A stretch of DNA of 63,840 bases, filler included, from Octopus bimaculoides (taxonomy: Eukaryota): assembly GCF_001194135.2 (NCBI RefSeq). It is 4 parts of 4 records of this genome, joined end to end, with 100 filler letters (N's around TTAATTAATTAA, not from the genome) between each part and the next. Parts side by side here need not be neighbours in the genome. Positions count along the whole stretch, not along the records: positions 1 to 18,592 come from NC_068997.1; 3 more parts are not named here. One strand, written 5' to 3'. The position numbers and the translations under genes were made by a program. Below are positions 1-12,450 of the stretch, piece by piece (the first letter of the stretch is position 1; every line of letters starts with the position of its first letter). The notes under the pieces are model-generated. The model saw only the letters and a program-made list of their open reading frames with translations. It made no database searches and was not told the DNA's origin.

Positions 1-107
1 TATATATATATATATATATATATATAGGTATATCATATTTTCCGTTTGTTGTCTTCCTATATATATATATATGTCTCTGTATACACACACACGCACATAT
101 ATGCATG

Positions 108-1286
108 CAGGGGTTGGACAATTTAATGGAAACACATAACATCATAATTCTGAAATATCTATTAAACCGTCAAAAGCTTGTTTATTTTTATGTTTTCTGA
201 TTTATTATTAGGGTTGCTTAATATGTTTTGCTAAAATTGCTGATTCCTTTCAGATATAATTATTAAAAGGTAATTAAAATTCGTTAAAATGACAGATCTA
301 TCGAACTTTCAAAAAGGTCAAATTGTTGGTGCTCGTATGGCAGACGCTAGCGTAACGAAAACAGCCGAAATGTTTGGTGTATCAAGAAGTACTGTCTCGA
401 AAGTAATGACAACCTTTGAGAAAGAGGGAAAAAAATCTCGTTGAAACAAAACTCCGGAAGAAAACCAAAACTTTCAAATATGGACCGCCGAATTCTTACG
501 CGAATTGTTAGAAAGGAACACAAATTTTACAGCCCCCAAAATTAATGCAGAGCTTAATGACCACCTCAATGACCCAGTTTCTACAAAAACTGTTCGTCGG
601 GAGCTGCACAAAGCCGGATTCCACGGGAGGGCTGCAATCAGAAAACCATTACTTTCAAAAAAAAAAAAAAAAAGAAAACGTTGCAAAGCGCTTGGAGTGG
701 AGTAAAACTCTTCAGAATTGCTCCCTAGAGCAGTGGAAGAATGTTATTTTCTCGGACGAGTCATCCTTTACCTTATTTCCGCCCACCATCCGAGTATACG
801 TGTGGATACAGCCAAAAGAAGCATTTGACAGACTGCGTTCTTCCAACTGTTAAACATGTAGGAGGATCTGTGATGATGTGGGGCGCTATATCTTGGAAAT
901 CCGCCGATCCTGTGGTTTCCCTTCATGGCAGAATTAATAATGAAGACTATTTAAGCATTTTATCTGATCAAATTCATCCTATGGTTGCAGAATTGTTTCC
1001 GGAGGGAAACGCAATCTTTCAGGATGATAATGAACCAATTCACATAGCTAAACTTGTTACTGAATGGCACGAGGAACATTCTAGAGAAGTTGAACATCTT
1101 AACTGAAAACCACAATCTCCTGATCTCAATATTATTGAACATTTATGGTGCATTTTAGAAAGACAAGTAAGGAGTCGATATCCTCCACCATCATCACTAC
1201 AAGAACTGGAGACCATTTTAGCTGAAGAATGGACAAAAATTACTTTGGAAACAATTCAAAGTTTGTACGAGTCCATACCTCATAGA
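108..1286 (+). mobile_element. Tc1/mariner DNA transposon, DD36E (Incomer-like), 3' end lost in N gap
   Basis: Left end CAGGGGTTGGACAATTTAATGGAAACAC at 108, then a transposase with FSDES, FQDDN and SPDLNIIEHLW motifs; right TIR not visible because of the gap. Confidence 0.9.
289..1286 (+). pseudogene. Tc1 transposase pseudogene (frameshifts, TGA at 1104)
   Basis: Manual translation from ATG 289: MTDLSNFQKGQIVGARMADASVTKTAEMFGVSRSTVSKV (HTH); catalytic D codon 1026-1028 and E codon 1137-1139 are 36 codons apart; poly-A slippage at about 657-674. Confidence 0.9.
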
Positions 1287-1455
1287 NNNNNNNNNNNNNN
1301 NNNNNNNNNNNNNNNNNNNNNNNNNNNNNNNNNNNNNNNNNNNNNNNNNNNNNNNNNNNNNNNNNNNNNNNNNNNNNNNNNNNNNNNNNNNNATGTGTCT
1401 GTGAGAATGTATATATATATATATGTAATATATACATGTAATATATATATATATG

Positions 1456-1488
<33 letters not shown>

Positions 1489-1491
<3 letters not shown>

Positions 1492-4482
1492 GTTGCCTAC
1501 TCCCTATGCAGAATTTGACCACCTCCTGTACCTACATCTTAGCAGCGTTATGGCATCTGATGTAGCTTTTAAAGCAGACACCTGACAATGTTCTGAAATG
1601 ACACCCACATAGATTGCACCTCCGATTCGGACCACCATGAGCTGCAGATAAGTTCTGCTCTTTGTGTCTTTTGAGGCCTCCGTTGGGTTTGCAAACCTTC
1701 TGGCATACACTGCATTCAAAGGTGTGCTCAGATATATAGGCAGAATAATTAGTGGAGGTTCGTGTTCCATGCGTTCGCAGATGAGACTTGAAGCCAGCAA
1801 AAGACAGCATGGTCTGTCACAGACTGTGCGCATAAAAGGTCACTGTCATTCATGTTCTCGATCGTTACATTCCTCCTTAGATCTCTTTTGTGTCTTGCTT
1901 GCGTTATCCTGGCCTCTTCAAATGCTTTCACTCCCCTCCACACCTTTGTTCGCCATCCAACTCGAACCAAAGCAATGGTTTCTATATCTTCTGGAACCAT
2001 TCTAAGTGATTTCATAGTAGTCCTTATGCCGTCCTTAAACCTTTTTTTTTAGGTTTACACCGATAGCGTTTCCTCTCTGCAAGATCACCATAAAACAGCA
2101 GTTTCGGCATGCGTTCATCTGCCATTGAAACAATATGGCTACACCATCTCAATTGGTTCCTCAAAATCATAGCTTTAATTGAGGTGATGCTTGCAGATGC
2201 AAGGACATCTGTGTTTGGAGTAAAGGAACTCCATTTAATTTTTAAAATGCGATGAAAGCATTTTTGGTGGAATTGTTCTAACAATTTTAAGTGCATTTCA
2301 TATCAAGTCCAAGTTTCACAGGAATACAAAAGGGATGGCAAAACAAATGATTTGTAAAGTGCCAGCTTTGAATTCTTATTTATATGTCGTGGCACCAAAG
2401 CCACCAATGCTTTTGCTCCAAGACACCAAATGCTTTTGCTACCCTTTGAATTCGCAGCTGCATTTCTGTTTCAAGATTTCCATCATTTTGAACAGAGCTT
2501 CCAAGGTAGACGAACGAATCGACAACCTCAAGTAACTTTCCGTTAACAAAGTGTTTAGTGGGGTTACAAACAGCACTACACGCAGGCAACCTATTTTCCT
2601 TAGAATTAGCCACAGAGCATTTCGATTAACAGTATCGAATGCTTTGCTCAAATCAACAAAGCAATAGTATGGAGCAAGATTCTGTTCAATGCACTTTTCT
2701 TGTAATTGTCTAACAGTAAAGATACAATCAGCTGTGTCCTTGGGGGAAGGAAAACCACACTGAGACTCAGACACTATATTTAGAACTATAAATGTATTTA
2801 AACGTTCTAACAAAATGCTGGCAAATACCTTTCCAACCACAGACAAAAGCGAAATCCCACGAAAATTACCACACAGATCCTTTGGCCCCGATTTATACAA
2901 GGAGACTAAAATGGCGTCAATCCAGTCTTGAGGCACTTTCTCAGTTCTCCAATAGTGACAAATTAATATATTTAAGAGTTCAAACATTTTGTCATCTCCA
3001 TATTTCAAGACTTCTGCGCAGATTCCATCAAACCCTGGAGACTTATTGTTATTCAGCTTATTCACAGCTAAATAAATGTCATTTAGTGTTGGTCCAAATG
3101 CCATCTCTTCTATAACTGGAAGGTGTTCAATTTTTTCTATCGTCCTCATGTTAACGGATGATGGTCTATTCAAAAGTGCAGAAAAATGTTCTACGCAACG
3201 CTTGTGAATAGAAGCGGTGTCAGTCAGAAGAAAACGCCCATTTGCTGTTCTCACTGGAGCTATTGTAGATGATTTTCGGCCGTATACCTCCTTAACATAA
3301 GAGTACAAACCCATGGCATCATTTCTATAAGCTGCTTCTTGTGCCCCTTTCGCTCTATTATTCCCCCATTCCTATTTAATTTTCCTTAGAGCAGTCTGCA
3401 CTTACCATTTCAGCTCTCTGTAAGCTTCGTTTGAGTTGGGGTTCAAGGACTGAGAAAGAAGTGTATTGCCTAAGTTTTGTTTTTCTAAAAGTAAATCATG
3501 AATTTCCGCTGATCTATCTGAGAACCAGTCACTGGACATATGTGATTTAAATCCCACTGACGAACTTGCAGCCTGAAATACTTTTGTTCTGAAATCTTCT
3601 CATAGATTGTTTGGGTCAAGATTGATTCTTTCTATAGCGTCGTGTAATCATTGCAAGTTGCTTGATAATTTAAAGTTTGCAACATTTAACTTCTTGGGTA
3701 CCTTAGGACCAGACTGTCGATTTTTAGGCATTATCGAAAAATCCATTTTTCCACGCACTAGATGATGGTCAGTCCAGCTCTCTGATCCTCTCATGGCCCG
3801 GACGCTAGAAAAGTCTTTCATATCACGTTTTCTGATCAGCATATAATCGATGAGATGCCAGTGCTTAGATCTTGGATGCATCCAGGTGATTTTATATTTA
3901 TTTTTCTGCTTAAACAGAATGTTGGTGACAACCAGATTATTCTCAGTACAAAATGTTTAAAGAGCTACTCCATTTTTATTACATTTTCCAATGCCATGTC
4001 GACCTAAAACAGGCCATGAAACATAGTCCTTTCCAACTCTTGCATTGAAATCTCCCAATATGACCAGCTTGTCAGAAATTGGTACTTTCCTCAATAATTG
4101 TGCTAGATCATCATACAACGGTAAGAAACCTACCTTTTGTCAGTTTAATACGGCATGACATGATCCGTTCAGATATACCACTTGGAAGCTGTGTAATGGA
4201 AGATACTAATATATTCTTGAGAGCAAACCCAACACCAGATTCTCTACGCTGACCCTTAGGTAGGCCTCTCCAAAAGATAGTATATCCATAAGTAGGTTCA
4301 TTTACTTGACCCTCACCAGAGAGACGAGTTTCAGAGAGTGCAACTATATCAAGGGAGTATTTCTTAGGCTGCAATGAATGCAGTACACTTTTCTGGCCTC
4401 TTGTTGAAATTATCATCAAGAAGTGTGTGCACATTCCAACAACCAAAATTCAAGGGATGTTTATTTTTACTTTTTCTTGATG
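1489..4482 (-). mobile_element. RTE-BovB-like LINE, near full length, decayed, internally deleted (copy 1)
   Basis: APE start FGCWNVHTLLD...DIVALSETRL; HPRSKHWHLIDY; RT N-half KSPGFDGI, NFRGISLLS, SQCGF, FVDLSKAFDTV; C-terminal C2H2 fingers; ends at a (TA)n tract. Confidence 0.92.
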
Positions 4483-4504
4483 ATTGTTTGAACNNNNNNN
4501 NNNG

Positions 4505-4561
4505 CACACACACACACACACACACACACCCACACACACACACACACACGCACACACACAC
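4505..4561. repeat. (CA)n microsatellite
   Basis: Direct reading. Confidence 0.95.
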
Positions 4562-4792
4562 ATGTATGTATGTGTGATGCATTACATATATGCATGCTTA
4601 TATGTATATATGTGTGCGTCCTTTTTCTTTTGTTTGCGTTTCGTATCGTCGGAAGCCATGCAAAAAGCTCTCAATCCTTTTGTTGTTACTTTTATAACAT
4701 TCTCCTGATTATTGAGTAAGAATATATACTCATGTATTACATTCTATATTTATTTTTGTTTATTCTGTCAAGCTTATTGTTCTTTGGATGGA

Positions 4793-4975
4793 TGCAAGCT
4801 GGTAGAATCCCTAGCACGCTGGCTAAAATGCGTAACGGTATTTTTTCCGGCTCTTTACGTTCTAAGTTCATCTTCCAGCGAAGTTGACTCTGGCTTTGAT
4901 GCGGTCGATGAAAGAAACTATCAGCCATTTATTGGGGTCAACGTAATCGTCTAACTTCCTTCCCGTAAAATTTCT
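4793..4975 (+). mobile_element. tRNA-derived SINE, family A, diverged
   Basis: GCTGGTAGAATCCCTAGCACGC...TTTACGTTCTAAGTTCA...GGGGTCAACGTAATCG matches the copies at 61508 and 53340. Confidence 0.7.
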
Positions 4976-6326
4976 ACCCCTTCGTCAAGAAATTAGAAAG
5001 AATTATGAAAATATCAGTGCTATGTGTGTGCATATTTTTCCTTCAATACGCTCTTGTATTCTACAATTCCTGTATTTCTCTCCATCTTTCTCTTCTTCAT
5101 TTAATATCCATCAGTTTTCTGACTCCTGTCGCAATGTCTACATCACCCCACTACCGCGCGCTTTTCTAATATACTGTTCAATCAACCAGACGAGACGACT
5201 TTTTACTCTATATTTTGTCTATAACACAATTTCTATGGCCAAAGATTCAACATTATAATCTATAACCAATCGTGTAGATGCTATTCACTGCCTTACCGTA
5301 TCTAATATGGTATCTCATGCTTCTAAATTTAAAACACATAAATATCAAAAGCAAATTAATATTCTGAGATATCTTAATACCGATGCAATTTGAGCATAGA
5401 ATTCAAAATTGCTTAGTTTTTGATTTAGGAAAAAGGCGCTGTAATTTAGAAGGGAAACAGGAAGTCTAACGGTTATTCCGTTCACACGTTATTAATATGT
5501 GAATGGAACAAATTTGTTTCAGCCGGGGTTTACAACTATATTGCAATGAGGGAGCTCGAGCTAATAATCGAGTCGTCGCTTGACCTACTATAAACACTTG
5601 CGAAATCATCCTAAAATTATACCCCATCATCTTAAATATGGGAAAATAGGAGATAATGTAGTTATACATGCACTTAAACAGATGGTTTGGTCACGGCTGT
5701 ATGCCTGCTTAATCATTGTTGGCTGGGATTAAACAACGGCAATTGTAATTGGTGCTATTGAAACTTGTTTTCACTGACTATGCTCAGAATACCGAGAAAA
5801 CGATATTGATTTCTGATATGAAAACGAGACCGCACATTCTTGGGGAGGGTAGAGTTAATTAAATGGGCCTCACTGTTTGACGGCTCTTTCATCTTATTGA
5901 TCCGGAATGATGAAAGGCAAATTCACTCCCAACAGAATTTGATCCTAAAAAGTAAAGGTATCAAACTACAAGGAATGTTTTTCCGACGTCCAACGATTCT
6001 GCCAATTCATCACCCTTCGAGACAATAAAAATAAAATACTCCAATCATTTCTCATGTAGATTGATTGTATTCTGATTTACTTCCTAATAAACTCTCAGGA
6101 CTTGGAGCCAGATGAAATATAATAAAATATCTTTAAGAATTGGTTCTGAAAATGTAGGTATATAAGTCTTGGTGCGCTTAGTTTTTGTTATTTACTACTG
6201 TTGTTATTTAACTAAGGGTCAGTTGAACGAACTTGTAATCAAAAACATTCCAACCTTCGCTGTTCCCTTTTATGTACAATGCATTCTTTCTTTTGAAGGA
6301 CTTTAGGCCTGCCTCTGTCTGTTTAC

Positions 6327-6360
<34 letters not shown>

Positions 6361-6964
6361 CTCTCTCTCTCTCTTTCTCTCTCACTTTTTGAATTCGCTC
6401 ACACAACCATCTGCGCACACATTTACAATAGAAACAATGAAAATACCCCCCCCCCCACCAAAAAACAAAAGCATCGCTGAGACGATGCATTCCCTGCGTG
6501 CAGATAACTTCTTCGCAAGTTACAGCGTGGCTTACAACGCGCTGCTTACAATGCTTTTTCATTGAACTGAATTTTTTTTAAGTATCACCATTATAGGTAT
6601 TTATACTCCGGTGAAATTGAGAAATCAACCCGTAATTAAACGAAACTCTCGAATCAATCGGTGTACACACACACACACACATGCACACACACACACACAC
6701 AGGCACGCATGCACGCACGCGCACACAGAGAGTCGCATATCTATGTATTTATGTATGTATGTATGTCTGCACGTATGTCTGTATGTATGTATGTATGTAT
6801 GTGTGTATGTACTACGTACGTACGTACACGTGTTTACGCGCATGAGTTCACCATGATCTATGCGTACGCATATGTGGATCGATGCATATGAAAAAGAAAG
6901 TGAACAAAATATGACCATTTGCTAATCGGGAAATTTGTAAGTTCGATTGTCTTATAATTAAAAA

Positions 6965-7095
6965 AAATATATAATCAAGCTAAATGTTCAACATTTTGAA
7001 CCACTCACCCAATGAGTATTTCTGCCAAATGTAGTGAAAATCCGTTCCGCCGTTTTCCAGTAACTTTGCAAACACACAGACAAACAGATAAAGAA
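6965..7095 (+). mobile_element. Non-autonomous Helitron/HINE-like fragment
   Basis: GCCAAATGTAGTGAAAATCCGTTCCGCCGTTTTCCAGTAAC followed by CAGACAAACAGATA resembles the DINE-1/HINE-type body motif; recognised from memory only. Confidence 0.4.
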
Positions 7096-7104
7096 GAATG
7101 ATTA

Positions 7105-7790
7105 CAATATCCTCACTGTGGAAAGAGTCAAATACCATACTGCTTCATAAGAAAGGTGATACAGAAGATTTGAAGAACTGTTGCCCCAAATGCTTCGTTT
7201 CCCCTGTACAAACTGTTTACAAAGACCATGGTCACCAGACCATCGAAACAACTCGACCAAGAGAGCAAGCAGGTTTCCATAATAACTAGAGTACAATAGA
7301 TCACATATCCACTCTAAAAAAGCTCAGAACAAGCGAACGAATACAAACGCTTCCTCAGTGTACTGCTTTTGTTGATTACGAAAACGCCTTCTATATAGCG
7401 TCGAGATGAACGAGGTCTTGAAATCTCAAGAAATGCAAGGTGTCGAGGCGTTATACATGAAACTGCTTAGTGATGCGAACTCTGGATACACGACAGATAT
7501 AGCTCTGCTGTCACTATTAGTAAGAGACCCACCAGTTAAGAAGGGTGCTAAGCAAGGAGATACCATCTCTCCAAAGCTCTTTACCGCATGTCTAGAAATG
7601 GTCAAGGAATATCAGGTGGTGTGAATATCAATGACAAGCAACTAACAGGCCTACGATTTTCTGATGACACTGTACTCATTACTGAAAACACAGACCAACT
7701 GCAAACCATGCTGACAGAGCTGGATACTCAGAGCTTAAGAGTAGGTCTTAAAGTGAATCGCATGAAACAAAATATATGCGGTCGGAAGAC
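7105..7790 (+). mobile_element. RTE-clade LINE RT fragment, decayed
   Basis: ILLHKKGDTEDLKN, REQAGF, FVDYENAF, KGAKQGDTISPKLF, LRFSDDTVL, GLKVNRMK. Confidence 0.85.
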
Positions 7791-7814
7791 GTAGCACAGG
7801 GCCATATAGAGGTT

Positions 7815-7950
7815 GTATAGCAGCTGTCTTATAAGGTTTCTCTACATTGTCGTTAGAAGCACGAATTAGGAGTAATAAACAGTCCGACAACTGATGAGGA
7901 GTTATCTTCTTTTGGCATTTTGTCCTATACCCGTCTCTCGTGTGTTTACG
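7815..7950 (+). repeat. About 135-bp direct repeat, copy 1 (contains CTGATGAG)
   Basis: ATTGTCGTTAGAAGCACGAATTAGGAGTAATAAACAGTCCGACAACTGATGAGGAGTT recurs near 8555-8615. Confidence 0.85.
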
Positions 7951-8529
7951 TATTTTTCACTCGTTGGTGATGTATTCTTTTTTATTTTGTTTATTTATAA
8001 AAAAACGCCATGCAGCCTTGACCTCAGCCAGTTCTTTCATCTATATATAACTTCTGCGACTACACACTCTTTTCTTTCTTTCTCTCTATCCCACTTTAAC
8101 CATCTTTGCTTTCTCTATCTTTCTTCCACTCCCTACTCTCTGTCGTTCCTTCTCCTTTCTTCCTTCTCCTCACTTCTTTTGCTTCTTTCCCTCATCCCCT
8201 CGCTTGTTCCCCTTCCACTCTGCCTCTGTTACTCACACGTGGCTACAGGCCATTTCTCTCGTCCCTAGCTTTTCTGAACTAGACGTTCACCGGGTTCGAT
8301 GTCATTTTTCTCGGGTCCCGACATTTTTCTTCTACTATTTTTTCTCTTCTAATTATTCTATTTCCTTGAAAAAAATTCTCCCAGGCGTTACCGATTTCAA
8401 TTCGACTGGGCTTAACGGCCATTAATGTTTGTCTTCGTCGATTGTTTACTCTGTACGTCCACTCTGGCGTTGTTTGTTCGTTCGAAGCTCTAACTCTCCA
8501 TGAATTTTATATTTTAAAAATTTATGGAT

Positions 8530-8659
8530 GCTGCTGTCATATGAAGTTTCCCTATATTGTCGTTAAAAGCACGAAATAGGAGTAATAGTCAGTCCGACAA
8601 CTGATGAGGAGTTACCTTCTTTTGGTATTTTGTCGTGTACGTTTCTCTCGTGTGTTTAC
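8530..8659 (+). repeat. About 135-bp direct repeat, copy 2
   Basis: ATTGTCGTTAAAAGCACGAAATAGGAGTAATAGTCAGTCCGACAACTGATGAGGAGTT; runs into an N gap. Confidence 0.85.
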
Positions 8660-9009
8660 NNNNNNNNNNNNNNNNNNNNNNNNNNNNNNTATATATATAG
8701 TGCATGCTTAGGAACGTTTGTATGTTCATCGTCATATCCCTCTAGTTTTTTTTATATGAAGCTTTCACCTACTAGCCTCTTCCATTACAGAACTAAATCT
8801 TTGTGTTTTACTATTCTACTCATCTTCCTGCTCTCAAGGAAAGCTTTGCTATTTCCAGTTTTTCTCTCTCTTTTCCTTTCTCACACACTCTATTGCTATC
8901 TATTTCTCTGTCTTTCTAAATCCTTATCTATTTAACAAAGTAGTCATTTTAGCAGAAGATTTAATATAAGACCCGTTTTATACAAATCAGCCGTAAATTA
9001 TGTTTAAAT

Positions 9010-9010
<1 letters not shown>

Positions 9011-9077
<67 letters not shown>
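9011..9077. repeat. (CTA)n microsatellite
   Basis: Direct reading. Confidence 0.95.
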
Positions 9078-9078
<1 letters not shown>

Positions 9079-9599
9079 GTAAAACGGTGCTTTCCACATG
9101 CACACATTCTGATTTGGTTTGTAAAATCCTCTCCAGTCAAACCGATTTCATTTTATAGTCGGAGCTTCAAGACTCTTACAAAGAGAAAGAGCTCTTAGGT
9201 ATCGTTCAAATCCTTATAGATAATGGACTCTGACATCAACATGAATCCGCTTCGCATAAAAGAAAACAAATGAAAGAAATTGTTTCCAAAACCATATGTG
9301 AAGGACAGCTAAAGAGGTGAAGGTATCTATCCGTCTTATAAAATACAGATAGTTAAAATTTCCAAACTGTCTACAAACATGTGAGTTAATTTTTTTAAAG
9401 ATCATATGCCTGGCCATTATGCCAAATTTTGTTAGAGAGACAAGATTTCATTTCGATAGTTATAGTGCAGTGAACCGAATTACTAATATTGCAACGGATA
9501 ATCCGGCAGACAAATTGGTACTAAAGACATCTCTCTACTTGTGACATGAATAACCTACAAGCGGGTGTGTGGGAAAATAATTTGGTGTACAGCATCAGC

Positions 9600-9920
9600 T
9601 GGAAGCTGATACAGACATTTCCAGTAAATAGTCATATCTACAAATCGATAGACACCGTTATGTTAGATCAATATCTTGAAACCAATAGACACAAACCGAC
9701 AGATATCAGGAAAAAACAGTTCTCATATAATCCCGAGTGCCCTTTCGATTTTGGCGACTTCAGTTTCCAGAACTCCTAAGTTCTGCCATGTCAATTAATA
9801 AAGCCCAAGGGTTGCTGGATTCCATTTTCAGGAATGCTACTTTTCTAAAGTATTTGAAATCCTTAGAATCTCTTGATGCCTCACATGGTAAAAACAAAAA
9901 TATCGAGTGCCCCGAGGTTA
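9600..9920 (+). mobile_element. Helitron Pif1-like helicase C-terminal remnant
   Basis: IYKSIDTVM, PFRFWRLQFPELLSSAMSINKAQG (consensus-like RLQFPVRLAFAMTINKAQGQ) and HGKNKNI (GKTKNIVY-like). Confidence 0.8.
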
Positions 9921-10743
9921 AAACCTCAGAATTAACAAGGCTATGATGAATACAGATCTAATAACAGAAGCTGAAGCTCATTGCAAATCTTCATATCATT
10001 TATTATTTTTATTTTACAATCAGGAAGAAAGACAATGCACATCACGCTTCACAGGGCCTCCCAGACTCGTGCGAGAAGAGGAAGGAAGGTATCCTCGCAC
10101 TAGGAAGCTTGCTCGAATGTTTAAAACAGAGTAGACCTCGTGTCAGGCTGCGGTATTGCATGTATTGCAGTTCCGATATTTAGATGAGTAGGCCTCTTCT
10201 GAGCGTTCTGGTTTTCATAATTTGCAACAGCTTTGATTTCTGTGGGTGGTTTATCTACCAACATTCAGATTTCGACTCTTTTACAGAATTATTTTAAGAA
10301 TTAAAAATAATTTCAAGACTAAACGATTTACTATGTTCAGTAATAGTTTCAAATGAAACAATCCTCTTTCCACGCTTATTTATTTTCCTCTTAAATAAGC
10401 TTGGATTAGATATAAATAATTTTACACATTACGTTACAAAAAATACTATTGATATTGAGCGTCTTTCAGTAGCACAGCAAATTAGGATGCTGTTCACCTA
10501 CAAGAAAGCAATTGTATTTTTCACATTAAAGATCTTTTCACGCGAAATGCAAAGTGTTTCTATTAAATCGAATATACCCTCATTAAGGACATCATTTCTG
10601 GGATGTTTGCTGCTACATTTCAGTCTGGGCAACTCGGGTATTCTGCTAGTATGCATACGTACAAATGTACACACACATGCGGTCGAGCACACGCACACAC
10701 ATGCACAGGCGCGCACGCGCGCACACAGACAGACAGACAGACA

Positions 10744-10784
<41 letters not shown>

Positions 10785-10922
10785 ACACATATTTGTGTAA
10801 AGTCATGTTTAGCGCGTTCGAATATGATCGGATATGATAAGACCTTCCACTGCAGGAATAGTTCTGAGAGAAAATTCTCCTCCCAGACTTGTGTACATGC
10901 ACATTTTATTTTGGGTTGTGGG

Positions 10923-10991
10923 TGACGTCATTGATTTGTGGGGTGTTGCGTTTCTGCGTCATTACGAAAACCAGCTTACAGCCCGGTAAGT
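10923..10991 (+). promoter_or_regulatory. Candidate CRE palindrome plus downstream consensus splice donor
   Basis: TGACGTCA at 10923-10930, TGCGTCA nearby, CCG|GTAAGT at 10986-10991 in non-repeat sequence; could be chance. Confidence 0.25.
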
Positions 10992-11059
10992 ATTGGATTA
11001 TACTTATGAAAACGAATATAGTTTTTTATTCAAAACTTCTTCCTGTCATATCATTTATT

Positions 11060-12450
11060 TAATTCTAATTTGACCAAGCGGTACTCACACCAGCTAACAT
11101 TCCGTTTGCCTGGAAAATGTGTACGGGTAGGAGGTCCCTGAGAATTGAGCTGAGAAGAGGTAGAATTTGATAAATGCTTACAAACCCCTTTGTAGTGTGA
11201 GACAATAAGAATAATGAGAAGAGAGGTGGGTAAATTAGATGAGGCTGGATAACAATGGTAAAGTTGCCTCTTAGTTCAGAGGATCTAGAGTCCTTGCAGT
11301 AGTTGCAGATGAAGTAGAGGGAGGACAATGTGGTGGCAAAGAAGCGTAGTATGTGAAGGAGCGAGAGTTTGTATTTATTTCATTAGGATCTCATTTGTAT
11401 TTGCAGAAACTGCTCTGTTGGTATTTGTGCGCTATCGTATGAATTTCATAATCCAACTTAAGATAATAAAGTTATTATTATTCTTTATCCGCCCGATCAT
11501 CGATCAGACTGATGACAAAGGTTTTCTGGCTGTAACTTTCCTATCTTATTCCATATATTGTGTTTTCATGACTACATCAAATATGCTCATCTCTTAAGAT
11601 CTTTGAATATGATATAAGGAAGTTTGGCTGCTACATCTAGCTGGTCGAGTGGCCACATAGAGATTTTCCACTTGGCTCTGTAAACTAGAGTGAGGTCTTT
11701 GAAGTAATATAGAAATTAAAGATGAGTCAGTGTGTTGGTGAGGAAGATCAGTAGGTGCTATTAACAGGCAAATAGGTACTGTTAACAGTCTTTATGCTAG
11801 CGGTGGAGAGAAGAGTCAATAGAAATTATTTGTTGGGATATAGATATCCCAACGACACTGGCTTTAGAGGGGGGAGTGAGATAAATGTCCGCAGTGTAGG
11901 GATAGAAGATGATTAAACAACTGTTAGAAATTTGAGTAAACTAATGAATGAAAGAGACTGCATATTCTTCAGACAGGGAAGTAATTTTGAGTCGAAGTAA
12001 CCGGAAATCTGAGTCTAAATGTGAGCGGAGGGAGAATCGATTCTATTTTAGTATAGATGCTCTATTTATAGAAATAATAGAATGTAGACTATGTGTGGAT
12101 TCTATCGTATTAGATGTAGCCATATTTCTCCCAGTCTGCAAGTAAACTACAGAGATGCGGTGAAATTAACACTGAGGATATTACCCATACTATATTATTC
12201 CACCATTTATTCGAAAATGTCATCATTGTATTAACTATCTTGGAGACATATAGTCGTGAACGGAACATTTTACAATGAAATCCGTAGAAAGATAATCCTG
12301 ACGTGACAAATATAAGAAGCTTTAGTGATGTGGCACGCGTAATGTGACACAATAAAAGTGGAATACCAAAGTATAATGATCTGGAATAGAGAAAGAAACT
12401 ATGCACATCAGTTGAGAAGTTAGTGGAAATCAGTTGCCCAGCACAGATTA
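11060..12450 (-). mobile_element. Possible very old CR1/L2-like LINE remnant
   Basis: Coding-like composition with weak APE/linker-like peptides on the minus strand; no intact diagnostic motif. Confidence 0.25.

Noticed and set aside
1532-1810. Host C2H2 zinc-finger gene
   Set aside because: Continuous with the RTE ORF and repeated at the end of RTE copy 2.
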